From the NCBI GenBank assembly GCA_963717505.1, contig OY970342.1:672001-736000 (forward strand): a stretch of 64,000 nt of DNA, in the 5' to 3' direction. Of the stretch, positions 59,073 to 64,000 are shown piece by piece. The first letter of the stretch is position 1; every line of letters begins with the position of its first letter. The notes under the pieces were generated by a model. It made no database searches and was not told the origin of the DNA. It worked only from the letters and a program-made list of their open reading frames with translations. This DNA comes from Candidatus Eiseniibacteriota bacterium. Lineage in GTDB: Bacteria; Eisenbacteria; RBG-16-71-46. The translations under genes were made by a program, and so were the position numbers.

Positions 59073-60948
59073 GTGAGAGCGACCTCTAGACCCACTCCGC
59101 CCGAGGGACCCGAGCGGATCCCAACCGTCGTCACCGACGAGCACGACGACATTGCTCGGCGGATCGCGGGCCGCATGGCCGAGGTCATTCGCAATCGAAA
59201 CCGCGCAGGGAAGCTCGCGGTGCTGGGACTGGCCACCGGCTCCACACCGATCGGGGTCTACCGCGAGCTGATTCGCCTGCATCGCGAAGAGAGCCTCGAC
59301 TTCACCCGGGTCGTCACCTTCAATCTCGACGAGTACTACCCGATGGCCCGCGACAGCCTGCACAGCTATCACCGCTTCATGTGGGAGAACTTCTTCGAGC
59401 ACGTCAACCTCGATCCCTCCCACGTCCACATCCCGCGCGGTGATCTCTCACGCGGAGAGGTCGACGCCCACTGCCGCGAGTACGAGCGCGCGATCCACGA
59501 TTCGGGCGGCATCGACTTCCAGATTCTGGGCATCGGGCAGACCGGGCACATCGGTTTCAACGAACCCGGCTCGAGCGCCGCGTCGCGCACACGCCTGGTC
59601 GCGCTCGATACGATCACCCGCAGGGCCGCGGCCGCTGACTTCTTCGGCACCGAGAACGTCCCGATCGAGGCGATCACCATGGGCGTCGGGACCATTCTCG
59701 AAGCCCGCGAGATCGTCCTGATCGCAACCGGCGAGCACAAGGCCGCGATCGTCAAGCGCGCGATCGAGGGCCAGGTCGACCACGAGGTCGCCGCCACCTA
59801 TTTGCAGGGCCACCCGAATGCCACCGTGTACCTGGACGCCGCGGCCGCCGCTGAATTGACGCGCATGAAGACGCCCTGGGTGCTCGGCGAGCTCGAGTGG
59901 ACCCGCGCGCTCGAAGTCCGGGCCGTGGTCTGGCTCAGCGAGGTGACCGGCAAGTCCGTGCTCAAGCTCGACGACATCGACTACCGCGAGCACCACCTGA
60001 GCGCGCTCATCCGGCGGCACGGTTCGTCATCGACCCTCAACGGCATTGTGTTCAACGACCTGATCGCCAAGATCCGAGGACGCAGCAAGCTGCCGAGCAA
60101 GAAGCGCGTCATTGTGTTCTCCCCCCACCCCGACGACGACGTGATCTCGGCCGGCGGCATCCTGTCGAAACTGAACCAGAACCAAAATGACGTCCTGGTC
60201 GCCTATCAGACGTCGGGGAACATCGCCGTCTTCGACCACGAGGTCCGCCGCTATCTCGACTTCCTGCGCCGCACGGCCGGCGATTTCGAGTACGGGAACC
60301 CGCGCCTCGGCGGCACTTCTGCAGGACATCGAGTCCTTCCTGGCGCAGAAGGCGCCCGGCCAGGTGGACAGCGACGCCGTCCTCATGCTCAAGCGCCGCA
60401 TTCGCGAGGTCGAGGCGATCTCGGCGATCGAGACCTTGCGCTTGCGCCCCGAGCAGGCCCGCTTCCTCAACCTGCCCTTCTACCAGACCGGCCAGGTGCG
60501 CAAGAACTCGATCGGGCCGCGCGACGTCGAGATCGTCCTCGAGCTGCTCGAGGAGAAACGTCCCGAGATCATCCTGGTGGCGGGCGACTTGTCTGATCCG
60601 CACGGCACGCATCGCTTGTGCAAGGAAGCCGTCGAGCTTGCGCTCGAACGCTACCGCGGCGAGCCACCCGAGGTCTGGCTCTACCGTGGCGCGTGGCAGG
60701 AGTGGTCCGTGGCCGACGCCGACGTGCTCGTGCCGCTCTCGGAGGAAGAGCTGCGGCTCAAGATCAGCGCGATCTTCAAGCACCAGAGCCAGAAGGATCG
60801 TGCGCCGTTCCCGGGGGTCGACGAGCGCGAGTTCTGGCAGCGGGTGGAGGAGCGCAATCGGGGGACGGCGCGTTGGGTGGATCAGCTCGGGCTGCCGGAG
60901 TACTTCGCGATGGAAGCGCTCAAGGTGCGTCGGATGGGCGCATCGTAG
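59073..60948 (+). pseudogene. nagB: Long-form glucosamine-6-phosphate deaminase + PIG-L deacetylase-like domain, frameshifted near 60300 (real lesion or assembly error)
   Basis: GLATGSTP, FNLDEY, GHIGFNEPG, FSPHPDDD in one frame; LPFY.TG, GDLSDPHGTH, YRGAW.E, HQSQ continue in the +1 frame. Confidence 0.85.
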
Positions 60949-60959
60949 ATAATCCACGC

Positions 60960-61922
60960 ATGACGACGCTCGAAGCTGTCCGCCGGATCGAGCTGGCCGA
61001 GATCCACGAGGCGCGCAGGCGCATTGCGGCAACCGTGGTGCGCACCCCGCTGGTGCGCCTCGAACTCGGACCCGACGCGCCCGAGATCCGCCTGAAATTG
61101 GAGAACCTGCAGCCGATCAACGCCTACAAGCTCCGCGGCGCGGCCAACGCCGTCGCGGCGTTGAGCGAGTCGGAGCGCGGTCGTGGCGTGTGGACGATCA
61201 GCGCCGGCAATGCCGGTCAGGGTGTCGCGTACGCGGCGCGTCAGGCGGGGGTGCCGTGCACCGTGGTCGCCATCGAGACCGCACCCGCTTCGAAGCTCGA
61301 TCGAATGCGGGCGCTGGGCGCCAGGTTGATCCTGGTTTCCTACCAGACCGCCTGGCAGGCGCTCGACGATCGTGCGTACCCCGGAGCCGAAGGAACGTTC
61401 ATCCACCCGTTCGACGACCACGACTTCATCGCCGGTCACGCGACCATGGGGCTCGAGATTCTCGAGGACGCTCCCGACACGGTGGCGGTGATCGCCGCGA
61501 TCGGCGGCGGGGGGTTGATCACCGGCGTCGCCAGCGCGGTCAAGGCCCTGAACCCTCGCATCCAGGTCTGGGGGGCCGAGCCCGAGACCGCCGCACCCGC
61601 CTCACTCTCGTTCGCGAAGGGATCGCCGCAGGTGTTCCCCGGCTGGCAGGCATCGTTCGTCGACGGCGCCGGTGGCCAGAGCGTGTTCCCCCGCATGTGG
61701 GAGCGCATGAGGCCGGTGGTGGACGGCTGCATCGTCGTCAGCCTGGACCAAACCAGGAACGCCATGCGAATGATGGCCGAGAAAGCGCGCGTCATCAGCG
61801 AGGGCGCCGGCGCCCTGTCGCTGGCGGCGGCGCTGACCGGCGGCGCCGGGCGCGGCCCGATTGTCGCGATCGTCTCGGGCGGCAACATCGACCTGAAGAA
61901 GTTCTGCGAACTGGTCGCCTGA
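60960..61922 (+). CDS. PLP-dependent threonine/serine dehydratase family protein
   Basis: LKLENLQP..AYKLRGA, SAGNAGQG, GGGGL, SGGNID. Confidence 0.9.
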   Translation: MTTLEAVRRIELAEIHEARRRIAATVVRTPLVRLELGPDAPEIRLKLENLQPINAYKLRGAANAVAALSESERGRGVWTISAGNAGQGVAYAARQAGVPCTVVAIETAPASKLDRMRALGARLILVSYQTAWQALDDRAYPGAEGTFIHPFDDHDFIAGHATMGLEILEDAPDTVAVIAAIGGGGLITGVASAVKALNPRIQVWGAEPETAAPASLSFAKGSPQVFPGWQASFVDGAGGQSVFPRMWERMRPVVDGCIVVSLDQTRNAMRMMAEKARVISEGAGALSLAAALTGGAGRGPIVAIVSGGNIDLKKFCELVA

Positions 61923-62014
61923 CCTGAGATCGCGGGGTCCACGATCGGGCACAACGAAGGCGGCGCGTGCCGGCGTTTACGAATCCGGCGCCGCGCCGCC
62001 TCTCGACCCCGGGC

Positions 62015-63076
62015 CTACCTCGCGCGCGCCAGAGCGGCGCTGCCCGCGATGACCGGCAGAATCCAGGTCTCCGAGTTGTAGGGCGCCGTGTCATCGAACA
62101 GCGTGCTGTCCGACAGCGCGTTGACACCGAAGTGGTGACACCCGAACGACTCGGGCACGGTGAACGTCCCCGAATAAGTGTTGTCGCCATTCGACTGCAG
62201 CCGGATTCGCCGGTTGCGAGAGAGCAGCAGCACGATGTCGTCGGATGAGGCCGTGGTCGCAGTGATGGTCATCACCGACCCAGGCGCCAGCGTCGGCAAT
62301 CCTGCCACCGGGAACAACTCCAGGGCGTCGGTGATCGTGGTGTCGAGACCGGACCCCTCGAGCCTCAAGCTGAGGATCCGATCCTGGAAGCCCTCGGTGT
62401 CGATCTCGATGCCGGAAACCGCAGTCAGCTCCCAGCGAGCGCGATTGCCGCCGCGACCCCGTCCATGACCGTGGCCGTTGCCAAGGCCACCGGCAGTTTC
62501 ATCGCGTCCCAGACGGCGGGCGCTGTCGTCATCGCCATCGTCGTCGTCGTCGTCATCGCCATTGTCGTCGCCTCCGCCGCTACTCGTATCACGCTCGAAT
62601 TGCAGGCGCCGGGTCCATCGTTCCGAGATAGGCTTTCGGATCGTCACCGGCGGGTTGAAGCCCCCGGTCGTGTCGTCTGCCAGGATTCGGAAGACTCCGG
62701 TCATGTCCTTGTGCACGGTGAGGATCGCCAGGGTCGGGCGACCGGTGGTATCGGTGTCAGCGAACGCGAACTCGAAAGACTGATCGGTGACTCGAACTCT
62801 GCGCGAAAACGTGATCGGGTCAATGGCGACCGTCGCGGAGAGCGTGCCGTCCGGGCCGAGGGCCTGGGACGACATCGATTCTTCGGACTGGTAGAAACCG
62901 TCATCCATGAACACGGGGTATGCCGCCGCGCCGGCGGCGACCTCCGCCCGATCCTCGGCGGAGCCTTGCACCCAATTGTGACTCTGCCCGGACTGGACGG
63001 CGGTCGGAGAGTCACCGCAGCCGGCGATAGCGCCGGCGACCAGACCGAGGATGATGAGCAGGGCGAGTTTCTTCAT
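62015..63076 (-). CDS. Hypothetical lipoprotein with poly-Asp/Gly-His insert
   Basis: GAGGAGG RBS; MKKLALL...IAGC lipobox. Confidence 0.7.
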   Translation of the reverse strand: MKKLALLIILGLVAGAIAGCGDSPTAVQSGQSHNWVQGSAEDRAEVAAGAAAYPVFMDDGFYQSEESMSSQALGPDGTLSATVAIDPITFSRRVRVTDQSFEFAFADTDTTGRPTLAILTVHKDMTGVFRILADDTTGGFNPPVTIRKPISERWTRRLQFERDTSSGGGDDNGDDDDDDDGDDDSARRLGRDETAGGLGNGHGHGRGRGGNRARWELTAVSGIEIDTEGFQDRILSLRLEGSGLDTTITDALELFPVAGLPTLAPGSVMTITATTASSDDIVLLLSRNRRIRLQSNGDNTYSGTFTVPESFGCHHFGVNALSDSTLFDDTAPYNSETWILPVIAGSAALARAR

Positions 63077-63181
63077 GGCTGGTCCTCCTCGAGGGGTTTG
63101 GGGCGTGAATGAACCAGCTTGCACCCCGGAGGGGACCTGAATCAAGGGATTTGTGCTGTATTTTCGCGGGTCGGAGCGACC

Positions 63182-63730
63182 CTAATCCGACCAGCGCAGC
63201 AGCTCGACCCCGACCGTAATCCACTGGCGGGTACGCGCCTTCAGGTCCGGCGCGTAGTTATAGGCGGTCACCAGGGCGACACTGGTTTGCCACGACGGCG
63301 ACCAGCGCAGGCCCACTCCGGCGCGCATGCCGAAGCGCAGATCCTCGTTCGGCTCGTTGTATCGGTCCATGCGATAGATCCCGACTCCCACCTGGTAGGT
63401 CGCGGCCCACACGTCCGGCGCAGTCGGGCACCAGTCGGAGCGCAGCTCGAATTGATTCACCGCAGCGACCCCCTCCTGGAAGGGGGCGCCGCCAAAAGTC
63501 GAGTAGCCGAACGCCAGACTCACGACCACGGGATCGTCGCCGACGCCGATCTGAAATTCGAGTGTGCCACCGGGCTCGCCTTCGGTGCCCTCGGTGTCGA
63601 TCGGCAGTGCGCCCGCCAACGCGATCCCGAATCGCGTGCGAAAAACCGGTTCCAGTTGCGCGTCGGCCGGTCTCGCCGCCGCCACGCCGAGCGCAATCGC
63701 GATCAGCGGCCACCACCGTCGACGCATCAT
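63182..63730 (-). CDS. Small outer-membrane beta-barrel-like protein
   Basis: Signal peptide ending ADA; amphipathic strands; ATGA overlap with the upstream gene. Confidence 0.55.
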   Translation of the reverse strand: MMRRRWWPLIAIALGVAAARPADAQLEPVFRTRFGIALAGALPIDTEGTEGEPGGTLEFQIGVGDDPVVVSLAFGYSTFGGAPFQEGVAAVNQFELRSDWCPTAPDVWAATYQVGVGIYRMDRYNEPNEDLRFGMRAGVGLRWSPSWQTSVALVTAYNYAPDLKARTRQWITVGVELLRWSD

Positions 63731-64000
63731 CCCGTCACCCCCGAGGTTCCGGCCAGTTCCGCGAAACGGCGTGCGAAGTCCGGGCCGCGGCCTTCGTCCT
63801 CGTGTTTGAAGAACACGTAGGCTTCGGACCAGGCGGGGTTTCGGGCCTTCTCGATCCACCCGTTCAGATCGGCGTCACTGTACTCGTAGTCGCGCAATCT
63901 CAAGTATCCCCAGGGGGCGGTGGCGATGAACGGCGTATCGACGCCTTCCTCATTGTGGGCGATGCACAGCGCGATGCTGCGGGCGCGCAGGGCCTCGTAA
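63727..64000 (-). CDS. DUF72 domain protein (3' part; truncated by window edge)
   Basis: Manual translation gives ALCIA...TAPWGYLRLR..EYS..DL..W...AYVFFKHEDEG.GP..A. Confidence 0.8.
   Translation of the reverse strand, partial: YEALRARSIALCIAHNEEGVDTPFIATAPWGYLRLRDYEYSDADLNGWIEKARNPAWSEAYVFFKHEDEGRGPDFARRFAELAGTSGVTG

Noticed and set aside
1-64000. tRNA, rRNA, CRISPR arrays, IS elements
   Set aside because: None recognised by eye; intergenic gaps are short. A covariance-model scan would be needed to exclude small RNAs.

Overview
High-GC, gene-dense bacterial chromosome segment of about 50 CDS. I saw no rRNA, tRNA, CRISPR array, transposase or integrase. Two secreted proteins with FlgD-Ig/T9SS-like C-terminal domains suggest an FCB-group organism such as a Ca. 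Eisenbacteria-like lineage (inference only). (1) The best candidate for an undescribed system is at 1-9466. One arm encodes an NTT (ATP/ADP translocase-like)-HEAT protein, a cNMP-binding protein and a MATE exporter. The divergent arm encodes a POTRA-less Omp85 barrel, a signal-peptide-bearing atypical kinase-fold protein, a lipoprotein metallophosphoesterase and a second NTT. Together they suggest an extracytoplasmic phosphorylation module with its own nucleotide carriers. (2) An Ehr (hydrogenase-4-like, no NiFe ligands) operon led by an HTH-PTS IIA gene. (3) An NHEJ/repair region (ku-TPR-tag and ligD) with a diverged 90-bp duplicate of the ligD 3' end flanking a small islet. (4) chrB-chrA with a clear promoter and operator. 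(5) A selenocysteine (UGA + SECIS) formate-dehydrogenase-like subunit whose Fe-S domains sit on a NuoE/F fusion partner. (6) A frameshifted long-form nagB. Several genes appear to be leaderless. All calls come from reading motifs by eye; no database searches were run.
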